Shown in pieces: positions 49,201-63,740 of a stretch of 64,000 nt of DNA. The notes under the pieces are model-generated. The model did not search any database. It had not been told where the DNA came from and saw nothing but the letters and a program-made list of their open reading frames with translations. Position 1 is the first letter of the stretch, and each line of letters opens with the position of its first letter. Made by a program: the position numbers and the translations under genes. Origin of the DNA: Verrucomicrobiota bacterium (GTDB lineage: Bacteria; Verrucomicrobiota; Verrucomicrobiia; Opitutales; Cerasicoccaceae); contig JBCBUK010000003.1 in the NCBI GenBank assembly GCA_039818205.1, positions 128,001-192,000 on the forward strand. Reading direction: 5' to 3'.

Positions 49201-50591
49201 CCACAGCGCCCGTTATCCATTGCATTGGTGATAGTCACGCCGGTTTTTTTACCGGACGGAATTCCATCTACCCAGATAACAGCGTGGCGCGCCCGCTACC
49301 GTTTTTTAAAGTCTTTCATCTCGGGCCGGTTCTCGCCTATAATTTGCCGGAGTCTGGCACGACGACGGGTGGTCGCGAGAAGCTGTTTAGTCTATTGGAA
49401 GAAGAGGTGCCTGCCGGTAGTTGGGTGATGCCCGTTTTCGGTGAGATTGATTGTCGGGCGCATTTGCTCCGGCAAGCGGAAAAGCAGGAGCGGCCTGTCG
49501 CAGATCTCGCAGCAGAGTGTGCCGAGCGATACTTTGGTGTCGTTCAGGAAATTCAGGCGAAGGGATTCTCGATTGTCGTCTATAACTCGATTCCATCGCT
49601 GCCGGAGAAAAGCACTTGGGCCGAGGGGAAGGAAGATGATTTTCCGACCTATGGATCACAGGCCGACCGCAATGCGGCGATTCAGGCCTTTAATCAAAAC
49701 CTGGGGGAGCTTTGTGCGGCCAATGGCATTCCGTTCCTGTCCACTTACGATTGTTTTGTGGATGAGTCCGGTAGACCTAAGCGAGAGTTCTATATGGATA
49801 AGATTCACTTGGGTCAGTCAGCAATGCTCCAAACTCTGGAACGGTTGCAAGTCGTCCTTCCCAATTTTGATTTTTCACCGCCAGAGCGTTACGTGGCGGA
49901 ACAGGCGGCATTGGATGGTGCCTCGCAGAAGTCTTCAGTTATGGTTGATCTCCCCGGATATATTCGCCGCAAGGCATTGAATTGGGCTGAAGCCCTGCAC
50001 CCTCGTTCGCTGGCCGCGATTGTCCGCGGTGCCTCGAAAGCGGAGCTTAAGGCGATTCGCCATAGCCTGCGACCTCAGCCAGCACACCCGGATCGCAAAC
50101 GACAGATCCTACGCGAACATGGAGAGCGCTTCAACTGCAAGGTGTTCATTGAAACAGGCACCTACCTCGGAGATACCCTGGATGCGCTTGCGGATGACTT
50201 TGATGCGCTGCATTCAATTGAACTGAGCCCGCAGCTCTATCAGGATGCAAAGCGCCGGTTTAGTGAAAAGCCGTTTATCACGATGCACCAGGGTAATAGT
50301 GGCGATGTGTTGCCCCACCTCCTAGAGGAGTTGAATGAGCCGGCGCTGTTCTGGCTCGATGGGCACGCCTCTGGGAGCGACACGGCTCAGCCAGATGAGT
50401 TGACTCCAATCCTGCGCGAATTGAAAGCCGTTGTGCAGCACCCCATCAAGCAACATTGCATCATGATCGACGATGCGCGTGAATTTGGGCGCGGCAAAGG
50501 TTATCCCTCCCTCAAACGCGTCCGGGCGATCGTCGACGGGATTTACCCGGGCTGGGAAGTTGCCGAAGACATCATTCGCATCACGCCATGA
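49197..50591 (+). CDS. Fusion of SGNH/GDSL hydrolase-like domain and class I SAM methyltransferase-like domain
   Basis: ATG 49197 (ATGA overlap): IGDSH, FGEIDCR, DKIH; then FIETGTYLG, SIEL, FWLDGH, IDDAR. Confidence 0.75.
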   Translation: MTTAPVIHCIGDSHAGFFTGRNSIYPDNSVARPLPFFKVFHLGPVLAYNLPESGTTTGGREKLFSLLEEEVPAGSWVMPVFGEIDCRAHLLRQAEKQERPVADLAAECAERYFGVVQEIQAKGFSIVVYNSIPSLPEKSTWAEGKEDDFPTYGSQADRNAAIQAFNQNLGELCAANGIPFLSTYDCFVDESGRPKREFYMDKIHLGQSAMLQTLERLQVVLPNFDFSPPERYVAEQAALDGASQKSSVMVDLPGYIRRKALNWAEALHPRSLAAIVRGASKAELKAIRHSLRPQPAHPDRKRQILREHGERFNCKVFIETGTYLGDTLDALADDFDALHSIELSPQLYQDAKRRFSEKPFITMHQGNSGDVLPHLLEELNEPALFWLDGHASGSDTAQPDELTPILRELKAVVQHPIKQHCIMIDDAREFGRGKGYPSLKRVRAIVDGIYPGWEVAEDIIRITP

Positions 50592-52333
50592 GTTTGCTGA
50601 AAAAATTTGCTCCCTATTGGCCGCTCCTCAAGCCGGTGCGCGTGCACTTCGTCGTGGCGCTGGTATGTGGTGTTCTGGCCGGAGTGCTCAGTGGAGCCGG
50701 GATCCCAGTCCTGCTCATGGAGATCGTGCCGTTGGTCTTTGAGGACCGCGACCTCTCGTCCGGCGAACTCGTCTTTTACTGCTTGCTCCCTGCAATGATC
50801 ATGGGCTCCCGCGGGTTCTTTAGTTATTTTAATCTCTACCTCGTGGGTTTCTGTGGGCAGACGATGCTCGAGCAGCTCCGAGTCCAGCTGTTCGAAAAGC
50901 TCCAGCGTCTTCCGATGGGGTTCTATTTTAAGAATCCGCCGGGCGAACTGGTTTCTCGCGCGATGCAGGACACCAACCTTGTCCAACAAAGCATGATCGT
51001 GGTATCCCAGGAGATCGTTCGGCAGCCGGTTACGTTGGTAACGGCTATTGGAGTGATGGTTTACCTGTCGATTGAGCACTCACAGGTTGCCTACCTGCTT
51101 ATCTTTATCTTGGCGGTTCCCGTGTGCATTGTACCTATCCGGCTTATTGGACGTAAGCTCAAGAAGAAGGCGACAAACCTACAGTTCGAACTGGCTGAAG
51201 CAACCAATCGGATTTGCCAGAATCTTGAGGCAACGCAGGAGATCCGGGCCTTCAATTTGGAGGGGCGGGAGACCGCACGCTTTCGTGAATCGGCGCAGAA
51301 GGTGTCACGCGGATTTATGAAGATGGCGAAGTATAACATCGTGCTCTCGCCGATCATCGAATTCATTGCGGCACTGGGAATTGGTGTCGGTCTCTATTAT
51401 ACGTATCAAAGTGGCGTCTCGGAAAAGGCGTTTACCGCGCTTTTGGGGGCACTGTATATGTGCTATGACTCGGTCAAACGCCTCGGCCAGCTGAACAATC
51501 GGATTCACGAAGGAGTGGCCGGGCTCGAGCGCATCGAGCACATCTTGCACGAGGATGAGCCCATTCGAGATCCTGAAAATCCGGAGTCCTTGCCGTCTCC
51601 GGTTACTGGAGCAATTGACTTCAACAATGTAACCTTTGCCTACGGTGAGTTGCCAGTTCTGCAAACGGTGTCGGTTCGTTTGGAACCCGGCAAAGCTTAT
51701 GCTTTGGTTGGCCCCAGTGGTGCGGGTAAAACGACGTTCGCGAACCTGATATTGCGCTACTACGATGTCGTCGAGGGTGCGATCCAGCTGGAGGGCGTCG
51801 ACATCCGCAATCTGCTTCAGAAGGACCTGCGGGAAAACATATCGGTCGTCGCGCAGAATCCTGTGCTCTTCAACGATACAGTTGCGGGCAATATCTCGGT
51901 CGGGAAAGTGGGGGCAAGTCAGGAGGAGATTGAGACGGCGGCCCACCAGGCTTACGCTCATGATTTCATTTCAACGATGGAGATGGGCTACGACACCGTA
52001 GTCGGGCCCAGTGGGACGCGGCTGAGTGGAGGGCAGCGTCAACGTATCGCCTTGGCACGGGCATTTTTGAAAGATGCACCGATCCTGATCTTGGACGAAG
52101 CCACCTCGGCCTTGGATGCCGAAAGTGAGCGCTTTATCCAGATGGCCTTAGAACAGCTTTCGAAGGATAAAACGGTGATCGTGATCGCTCACCGTTTTAG
52201 CTCGATTCAACTGGCCGATGAGATCCTCGTCTTTGACTCAGGACAGGTCGTGGAAAAAGGAGACCACGCCGGCTTATTAAAGCTGGGTGGTCTTTACTCG
52301 AAGTTGTTTCGTGCCCAATCCAAGCAGGATTGA
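50588..52333 (+). CDS. msbA: ABC exporter, MsbA-like (fused TMD-NBD)
   Basis: 6-TM domain plus GPSGAGKTT, LSGGQRQR, LILDEATSALD, IAHR; in an operon with lipid A/core enzymes. Confidence 0.75.
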   Translation: MSLLKKFAPYWPLLKPVRVHFVVALVCGVLAGVLSGAGIPVLLMEIVPLVFEDRDLSSGELVFYCLLPAMIMGSRGFFSYFNLYLVGFCGQTMLEQLRVQLFEKLQRLPMGFYFKNPPGELVSRAMQDTNLVQQSMIVVSQEIVRQPVTLVTAIGVMVYLSIEHSQVAYLLIFILAVPVCIVPIRLIGRKLKKKATNLQFELAEATNRICQNLEATQEIRAFNLEGRETARFRESAQKVSRGFMKMAKYNIVLSPIIEFIAALGIGVGLYYTYQSGVSEKAFTALLGALYMCYDSVKRLGQLNNRIHEGVAGLERIEHILHEDEPIRDPENPESLPSPVTGAIDFNNVTFAYGELPVLQTVSVRLEPGKAYALVGPSGAGKTTFANLILRYYDVVEGAIQLEGVDIRNLLQKDLRENISVVAQNPVLFNDTVAGNISVGKVGASQEEIETAAHQAYAHDFISTMEMGYDTVVGPSGTRLSGGQRQRIALARAFLKDAPILILDEATSALDAESERFIQMALEQLSKDKTVIVIAHRFSSIQLADEILVFDSGQVVEKGDHAGLLKLGGLYSKLFRAQSKQD

Positions 52334-52353
52334 AAACAGTTCTAAGCTGAATT

Positions 52354-52758
52354 TTAATAGAATCCTGGATAGTGATCGAATTGGCGGTCAATTCGAGTGC
52401 TGCTCACGCATTCATAGTCATCAGTGTAAAAGGCCGCGCCCGCGCGGGGCTTATGCATAATGATTGATCTTCGGCGGTAATGTTGTGCCGTATCACTAGG
52501 CAACTTGATTCGATTGTCGCGCCCTTGTTCGAGCAGGCTATCCAAATTGTTTTCGTGTGACTTGTTATTATGCTTTAAGTATTTATAGGTCTTGTAGGCG
52601 ATGGATGAAAATATGAATAACCCGCCGATAATCATATACATCCTGTTGGCTTTCAACATGTAAGCTGCTGAGGCAAGGATTACGCCGCCCGTGGCGAGCG
52701 CATATCCGATCATACTGTTAAGGTCGTTTGAGCCAGATTCAGGGTCAATTATTTTCAT
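52354..52758 (-). CDS. Hypothetical small membrane protein (AT-rich)
   Basis: 134 aa, ATG start, two hydrophobic segments; no recognisable motif. Confidence 0.45.
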   Translation of the reverse strand: MKIIDPESGSNDLNSMIGYALATGGVILASAAYMLKANRMYMIIGGLFIFSSIAYKTYKYLKHNNKSHENNLDSLLEQGRDNRIKLPSDTAQHYRRRSIIMHKPRAGAAFYTDDYECVSSTRIDRQFDHYPGFY

Positions 52759-52985
52759 AGCATTAATGTTGCGTCGATACGCTTGGTTAGGTCTTGGCTC
52801 ATCCTAATGCATTAGAACGCACGTGTCATTTACACTATATCAGTTTATTTATAATGCGTTCACTCTCGGGTTTTCAATTCATGCAATTTCTAGAGGATAT
52901 TTTCCCTTTGACGCGTGTGAAGCGAGCTGGAAGTAAGCATTGTGAATAACTTTTGATGACGATATAGCGAAAGTAATGAGATCTA

Positions 52986-53399
52986 CTAGATGTCCTTCCC
53001 ACAAGCTGGACAAAATTCGAACGTAGCCTCAACTTTGGTGCCACAAAATGGACAGTGGTTCCCGGGAAAACGTCGACCTGGCGTTTTTGTTTCCCCCTGT
53101 GTGTCTTCGTTCGATTTGTGGCCTCGAGTGTGCCCCAGCGCCTTGCTCAACGGATCACTTTCCTCGGCATCCGTAGTGATGTCGATCGCACTCATTCGGT
53201 CTTTGCTCGTAGCGTTGAATAGGTTGTAGGCCGCTTGAGCAAAGGCAACTATGACAAAAACGACTCCAAAAAACACAAAGAAGCCAGGCGCTCCCATGTT
53301 TGAGGCTACACCAATGAAAGCGATTCCTCCAATGCCGACAACAATGCCGACGACTCCGCCCATTAGGGATGGGCCGCGTCCCGGTTTTATCTGATACAT
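52986..53399 (-). CDS. Zinc-ribbon domain membrane protein
   Basis: IKPGRGPS, two TMs, C-terminal CPFCG..CPACG. Confidence 0.8.
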   Translation of the reverse strand: MYQIKPGRGPSLMGGVVGIVVGIGGIAFIGVASNMGAPGFFVFFGVVFVIVAFAQAAYNLFNATSKDRMSAIDITTDAEESDPLSKALGHTRGHKSNEDTQGETKTPGRRFPGNHCPFCGTKVEATFEFCPACGKDI

Positions 53400-53972
53400 G
53401 ATTCGTTTGGTAGAATAGTGAGGTTAGGGTTCAAGCTGTAGTGTATACGTAGTCGTATCTGTTGTCTGTTACATTATTGATTTCATATTATAAGCGTTAT
53501 TTTTATCGCAGTGACATGTATGCTGTGCGAAGCGGAACGATTCTTATTTACGCTATATATACTAGATTATTATTATTCGTTAATGAGTGCTCTCGTAGGT
53601 ATTTTATAGGCCCATATGGCCCTATCGGAATTTTCGGACGGTTTTGTGTTCCAATGATCACGCAGTGTATTCGCTAGCAATGTGCGCGCAGGCAATCCGG
53701 CTAATGTTGCTTCTGCGTCTCTCGAGCTCGGTTGCGTTGCTTGTTGAGCAGCGCTGATAGCCAATCGGGTCGTTTCGGATTAGCGAAGTGTGTTGACCCA
53801 TGGCCTCGGTCTACCTGGTTCGAAATGTTTCCGAGTTGGTTGTCACACCGGGAAGATTCGACCCGGTTGGTGTGTCAGCCTGGCACTCCTGGCTTACAAG
53901 AAGAAATGGCCCATGGGCGCGTAAGTGTCAGAAGGGTATGAGTTTATGATTAATTCGGTGAATGAAGGTTTG

Positions 53973-53989
53973 TGGGCACACCGATTGCA
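53973..53989 (+). promoter_or_regulatory. Sigma54 (-24/-12) promoter of clpB
   Basis: TGGGCACACCGATTGCA = GG(53975-6)-N10-GC(53987-8) with the GGCAC and TTGCA consensus. Confidence 0.7.
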
Positions 53990-54000
53990 ATGAATTGGGC

Positions 54001-56619
<2,619 letters not shown>

Positions 56620-56638
56620 AAGCAATAGCAGATAGGAG

Positions 56639-56668
56639 AGAGCCCCGGCCGAAAGGTCGGGGCTTTAT
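56639..56668 (+). terminator. Terminator hairpin after clpB
   Basis: AGAGCCCCGGCC-GAAA-GGTCGGGGCTTT-AT; GNRA loop, short U tract. Confidence 0.7.
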
Positions 56669-56989
56669 GCTTCACAAGTGAAAGTCGGTAGACCGTTGCT
56701 GGGAAAGTCTCCAGTCTGGTTCTCCTTATCGACGGTCTTGACCACTTCTATTTCCCAGCGAATCTGCTGTTTGCTTGGCCCAGGATGTACTATCGATCGA
56801 ATCCCAATTGAATCGATGTCTTGGATTATCTCAGCTTTGTAACAAATAGGTTTCGGGAAAAGCCCTTGTGGTTGTTTGTTTTACGGCCTTGTGTGACGTG
56901 GGTGAAACGAAAATGTCACATTTTGTGGTGATTACATGATTGTCGATGTTGCCGCCCAAGAATAGGTTATCGGGTAAATTGCGATCGCA

Positions 56990-58723
56990 ATGATCAATTA
57001 CCTACGCTTCCTAATTCTCTCCTCTTTGTTCGCTGTCAGCTCTCCATTTGTTTTTGGGCAGCTTCCAGTCAACGCCCCTTGGGAATACGATGCGCCCAAC
57101 CGCCCAGTCGTATTAATCGAGGCGGACCGCTATGTTTACACGTTAGGCGAATATGCTACCGCTGATCGGATCCTTCGTTCGACGATTGCCGGGCGAAATT
57201 ACAATTCGGCGGTCACCGAGTTCTTGGTGTGGGAGGACCGCATCTCCGGCGACCAATGGTTCTATAACTACCTGATCGGCTTTTCAAAAGAACCCATCGA
57301 CATTTCCGGTGAACCGGGCCAGCTACAGACCCGAACCGTCGGGCGAAAGGCACAGTTTAAGTTGTTCAGTAATTCAGCGGCTAGTGGCAACCCGTTCCCA
57401 ACTGAGTTGCCGAGCGATACCGGTTTGTACGCCTGGCGTTACGAGTTGCGAAACGAGGATGGGACCAAGACCATCGCCCGCTCTTATGCACTCTACAGCA
57501 TTGTGGATGAGATCGTGGAAGTCCAAGGCGATATTAATAAAGACATCCTTTGGTCAGCAGATAACGCCTACCATTTGAATGGGCGGGTGAATGTTGCCCA
57601 GAATAGTGTCCTTACCATTGAGCCGGGAACGGTCGTGATGGGCGGTACCGATGAATTAAGTTTGCTCAACATCGAAAGCGGTAGCCGCATTGTGGCCGAT
57701 GGCGAAGTGACCAAGCCCATTATTTTCACCTCGGATAAGCCACTTGGTGAGCGGGCGACCTCGGACTGGGGAGGTATTATCATCAATGGCGATGCACCGG
57801 TCAATGAACCCAACGCTGAGGGTGAGGGCGGTACTGGCCGCTATGGCGGCAACAACCCCAACCACGATGGGGGCGTCCTGCGCTACGTGCGCATCGAATT
57901 CTCCGGCCGCATATTTTCGGAGGTTGATGAGTTGAACGGTCTCACTCTGCAGGGCTGCGGCGATGGAACGATCCTCGACCACGTTCAGATCCACCACCCA
58001 TCGGATGACGGAATTGAGTTTTTCGGCGGAACGGTCAATGCCAGAAACTTGCTGATGACTGGTTGTGGAGATGATAGTCTCGACTGGACCTACGGTTACC
58101 AGGGCAAACTCCAAAACCTGGTTATGATCCAATTGTTTAGTGAAGCGGACAAAGGCATTGAGGCGGATAACCACACAACCAATTTTGACGCGCAACCGCG
58201 GTCCAAACCGACCATTTATAACGCAACCTTCCTGGGGCTGGCTATTTCCCAGCCCGATAAGGCCAAGCAGTCAAATGCGATCCTGATGCGTCGCGGGTCC
58301 GGAGGGTTAGTCTACAACACGATATTTGCTGGTTTCGGGGGCATGTCGGCAGGAATTGAATCGGTGGCTTCCGCAAGCCTCCACGCCGACGGTGGATTGG
58401 TCGTCGAGAACTGCGTTTTTTATCAGAACTTTTTGTTAGCCAGGACGTTAAGTGAGAAACTGCCGAACGAAGAGCTCGTTTCTCGCATTATGACGGATAC
58501 CGCGAATAACAACGTCTTCGCTAACCCAGGGTTTACGAGTATCAACCCCGAGAAGCCGGATCTGACTCCAATGCCGAATTCATTGGCCGCCAATCCGCCG
58601 ACAATAGCGGAACCTCCTGCCGACGGGTTTTTCAAACCAGTGACCTACTTGGGTGGGATTGATCCAACGGATCCCAACGGTCCGTGGGTATTTGCCCCGT
58701 GGACGACCTATTCGCCGAATTAA
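56990..58723 (+). CDS. Secreted parallel beta-helix (pectin-lyase-like) protein with an extra N-terminal domain
   Basis: Signal peptide; LTIEPGT, PIIFTS, WGGIIING.A, YGGNN..HDGG.L.YVRIE, ELNGLTL.G.G, DDGIEFFGG.VN, DDSLDW..G. Confidence 0.75.
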   Translation: MINYLRFLILSSLFAVSSPFVFGQLPVNAPWEYDAPNRPVVLIEADRYVYTLGEYATADRILRSTIAGRNYNSAVTEFLVWEDRISGDQWFYNYLIGFSKEPIDISGEPGQLQTRTVGRKAQFKLFSNSAASGNPFPTELPSDTGLYAWRYELRNEDGTKTIARSYALYSIVDEIVEVQGDINKDILWSADNAYHLNGRVNVAQNSVLTIEPGTVVMGGTDELSLLNIESGSRIVADGEVTKPIIFTSDKPLGERATSDWGGIIINGDAPVNEPNAEGEGGTGRYGGNNPNHDGGVLRYVRIEFSGRIFSEVDELNGLTLQGCGDGTILDHVQIHHPSDDGIEFFGGTVNARNLLMTGCGDDSLDWTYGYQGKLQNLVMIQLFSEADKGIEADNHTTNFDAQPRSKPTIYNATFLGLAISQPDKAKQSNAILMRRGSGGLVYNTIFAGFGGMSAGIESVASASLHADGGLVVENCVFYQNFLLARTLSEKLPNEELVSRIMTDTANNNVFANPGFTSINPEKPDLTPMPNSLAANPPTIAEPPADGFFKPVTYLGGIDPTDPNGPWVFAPWTTYSPN

Positions 58724-58840
58724 TTGGCCCGAATTCCGCTTTTAGCGGCGCATGAATTGGTGGAAGTGCCACAGTTTTTCTTCGGAACGGGCGAAAATTG
58801 TGCTCGCCTCACTTGGTCTGTATCACAAAAATATTCGATA

Positions 58841-59470
58841 GTGAAGACTGTCATCGCAATTTTGATCGCAATCGCTGGAGTTTGGCTGGGGCTCCGCTAT
58901 TTCCTGCCTGAAGGGGTGCGTGAGTTGGCGGAGGATCTTAACGTGCCAGGGGTCCAGACCGAATCGTTTGTGGTTTTAGAAGATTTGACGGGCCGCACGC
59001 TCAAATGTCGTATTATAAAGGTTAAAGATAAATCGGTCGAGGTCGTTCGGGCAGAAGATGGAGTCGAGTTCTCAATTCCGATCGACCGGTTGGCCGACGG
59101 GAGCCGACGACAGATTAAGAAGTGGGTTCTCGGGCATCATTCGCAGTCGACGGGTGAGGTGTTCAAGCCCACCGAAGAGGTCGAGGACAAGCTCTATGAA
59201 GCAGCCAAAGAGCATTTTAAGGTCGTTGTTGTTACGGTCGACGACACCGATATTACTCCACAGCTTAAGCGTTTCATGAAAGCAGAGGACATTTCCTTTT
59301 CTGTCTATGACGCGATTAAGTCAACGGGCGGTCGCCGATTGGTCGAGGAACACGGATTAACCCATGGGCCCGTCCTATTTATCGGTGACGAAATGTTTAT
59401 TGGGTTTACGCCGGAAACGGTGAAAAAGGTTTTGATTTCAGAATATCGCCGAGAGCATTTGGGCCTTTGA
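58841..59470 (+). CDS. Membrane-anchored SHD1-like plus glutaredoxin-fold (no CxxC) protein
   Basis: GTG 58841, TM anchor; D.TGR.L...I......V..DG..F.IPI.RL....R..I (SHD1-like); C-terminal ..PVLFIGDE.FIGF.P (Grx-like). Confidence 0.55.
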   Translation: MKTVIAILIAIAGVWLGLRYFLPEGVRELAEDLNVPGVQTESFVVLEDLTGRTLKCRIIKVKDKSVEVVRAEDGVEFSIPIDRLADGSRRQIKKWVLGHHSQSTGEVFKPTEEVEDKLYEAAKEHFKVVVVTVDDTDITPQLKRFMKAEDISFSVYDAIKSTGGRRLVEEHGLTHGPVLFIGDEMFIGFTPETVKKVLISEYRREHLGL

Positions 59471-59558
59471 GGCGTTTGCTATCAGGTGTTTTCTTCCAAT
59501 TCTTTGTAAAGAATCGAAGAGCCTCGGGCTTGAACTTGCGGAGTTGGGTTGAGTTGAC

Positions 59559-60251
59559 ATGTTGTTGTCTATGTCCACTTCGGCTGCGAGGTATTTGATT
59601 CGCATTTCGCTGGTCCTGCTCACGTTTCTAAGTGTTTCGGGTCTTCAGGCGAACGTGGATTTACCCGGAGCGAAAACACCACAAGGCTATCTGGCAAGGC
59701 TGCTCATCAATGAGGCACCGTTTCCCGGTGAGCGTGGCTATGTCTCGGAGGCTGATACCAAGGCGGCAATGGAGATGATTTTGCTGACCTTGCACTCGCG
59801 CAGCGCGAATCTGCCGTCGCCGTATACCCGCAAGCAAGTGGCCGATACGAACTCGGCCAACATCCTCGATGTGATTACAGCAGGCGGGAAACGGGGCCAG
59901 GTTGACGGATTTTATCGGGACGGTGCGGGAAATCTGGCAACCGTTCCGCGGGTGGAGGAGCGTGTGAAATATTTGATGGGCATCGCGGGGGAGGGTAAGC
60001 CGGGCCGCTTTGCTCGGTTGCTCAATCACGCAAAGGACATATCGAATGCCTATTTTGCCGGCGAGTTACGCATCGTGAATCGGTTTGGCGGTTTGCGCAA
60101 AGTCGGGGGAGTTCCCGTCACGGGAGGTTCCTATGCTTGGATGACTAATCATCCAAAATTTCACCCGCGTGGTTTTTTTGTGAAAATTCCGGATCGAGAC
60201 TCTGGTGCGCTTGGTGGTAATCGCTTTTTCACGCTGAAGCGAATTGACTGA
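59559..60251 (+). CDS. Secreted protein resembling SleB/CwlJ (Hydrolase_2) cell-wall hydrolases
   Basis: Signal peptide; LARLLINEA, L.SR, I.DVI..GQ..GF, PVTGGSYAW, LGGNRFF. Confidence 0.55.
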   Translation: MLLSMSTSAARYLIRISLVLLTFLSVSGLQANVDLPGAKTPQGYLARLLINEAPFPGERGYVSEADTKAAMEMILLTLHSRSANLPSPYTRKQVADTNSANILDVITAGGKRGQVDGFYRDGAGNLATVPRVEERVKYLMGIAGEGKPGRFARLLNHAKDISNAYFAGELRIVNRFGGLRKVGGVPVTGGSYAWMTNHPKFHPRGFFVKIPDRDSGALGGNRFFTLKRID

Positions 60252-60400
60252 AGAATTAGAGCCGGGTTTCTGGCCACTTTTGATCTGGCGGTGGCGATTC
60301 GAGCGTTTCTTTCATTTACTCGAATCGAATTCCCGCCCAATGCTTGACTTGCTCTGCGGTTGCGGCTTGGGTTTTCATTTCAACCAAACATTCTTTGACC

Positions 60401-60871
60401 ATGGCACTATCTACTGGAACTACGGCACCTGATTTTACACTAAAAACGAAAAACGCCGACGGCCTTGCGGACGTCACTTTGAGCGCCAATTTCGGCTCCA
60501 AGAAGACCGTTCTCCTTTTCTTTCCGTTGGCCTTTACCAGCGTTTGCCAAGAAGAGATGTGCACGATGAGCGGCCAGCTCGACGAGTATGCCGGATTGGA
60601 CGCAGTGGTCTACGGCCTTTCGGTTGACAGCCCGTTTGCCCAAGAAGGCTGGGCTCAAGCCAACCAAATTAGCGTCACGCTGCTATCCGATTTTAACAAG
60701 GAAGTCGCGACCGCATACGATGTGATCTATGAGGACCTGCTCGGCTTTAAGGGTGTTGCCAAGCGCTCAGCCTTTGTCATCGATGCTGATGGTAAGATCG
60801 CATACGCGTGGTCTTCGGATGATCCACACGATCTGCCTCCATTCGATGAAGTTAAGGCAGCACTTAGCTAG
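60401..60871 (+). CDS. Peroxiredoxin (AhpC/TSA family, AhpE/BCP-like)
   Basis: APDFTL, FFPLAFTSVCQEEMC (PxxxTxxC), SVDS, LLSDF, RSAFVID; ATG 60401. Confidence 0.92.
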   Translation: MALSTGTTAPDFTLKTKNADGLADVTLSANFGSKKTVLLFFPLAFTSVCQEEMCTMSGQLDEYAGLDAVVYGLSVDSPFAQEGWAQANQISVTLLSDFNKEVATAYDVIYEDLLGFKGVAKRSAFVIDADGKIAYAWSSDDPHDLPPFDEVKAALS

Positions 60872-60915
60872 TATCGGTTACCTGCGTTGAATTTGCCGCA
60901 AATATTTTTTAGATT

Positions 60916-63663
<2,748 letters not shown>

Positions 63664-63740
63664 AATAGCGGATAATCTTCCGTTAGTGCGTTCACTTTGA
63701 ATGGACAAACCAAAACTAATAGATATTCCCGTATAATCAT

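Noticed and set aside
53881..53910. TGGCACTC upstream of clpB as a CIRCE/HrcA operator
   Set aside because: Only a left half-site; there is no GAGTGCTAA after 9 nt.
56682..56697. AAGTCGGTAGACC resembling the cobalamin riboswitch B12 box
   Set aside because: The upstream conserved core (GGGAA..GGTG..CCC..ACTG) is absent; that space is occupied by the clpB terminator.
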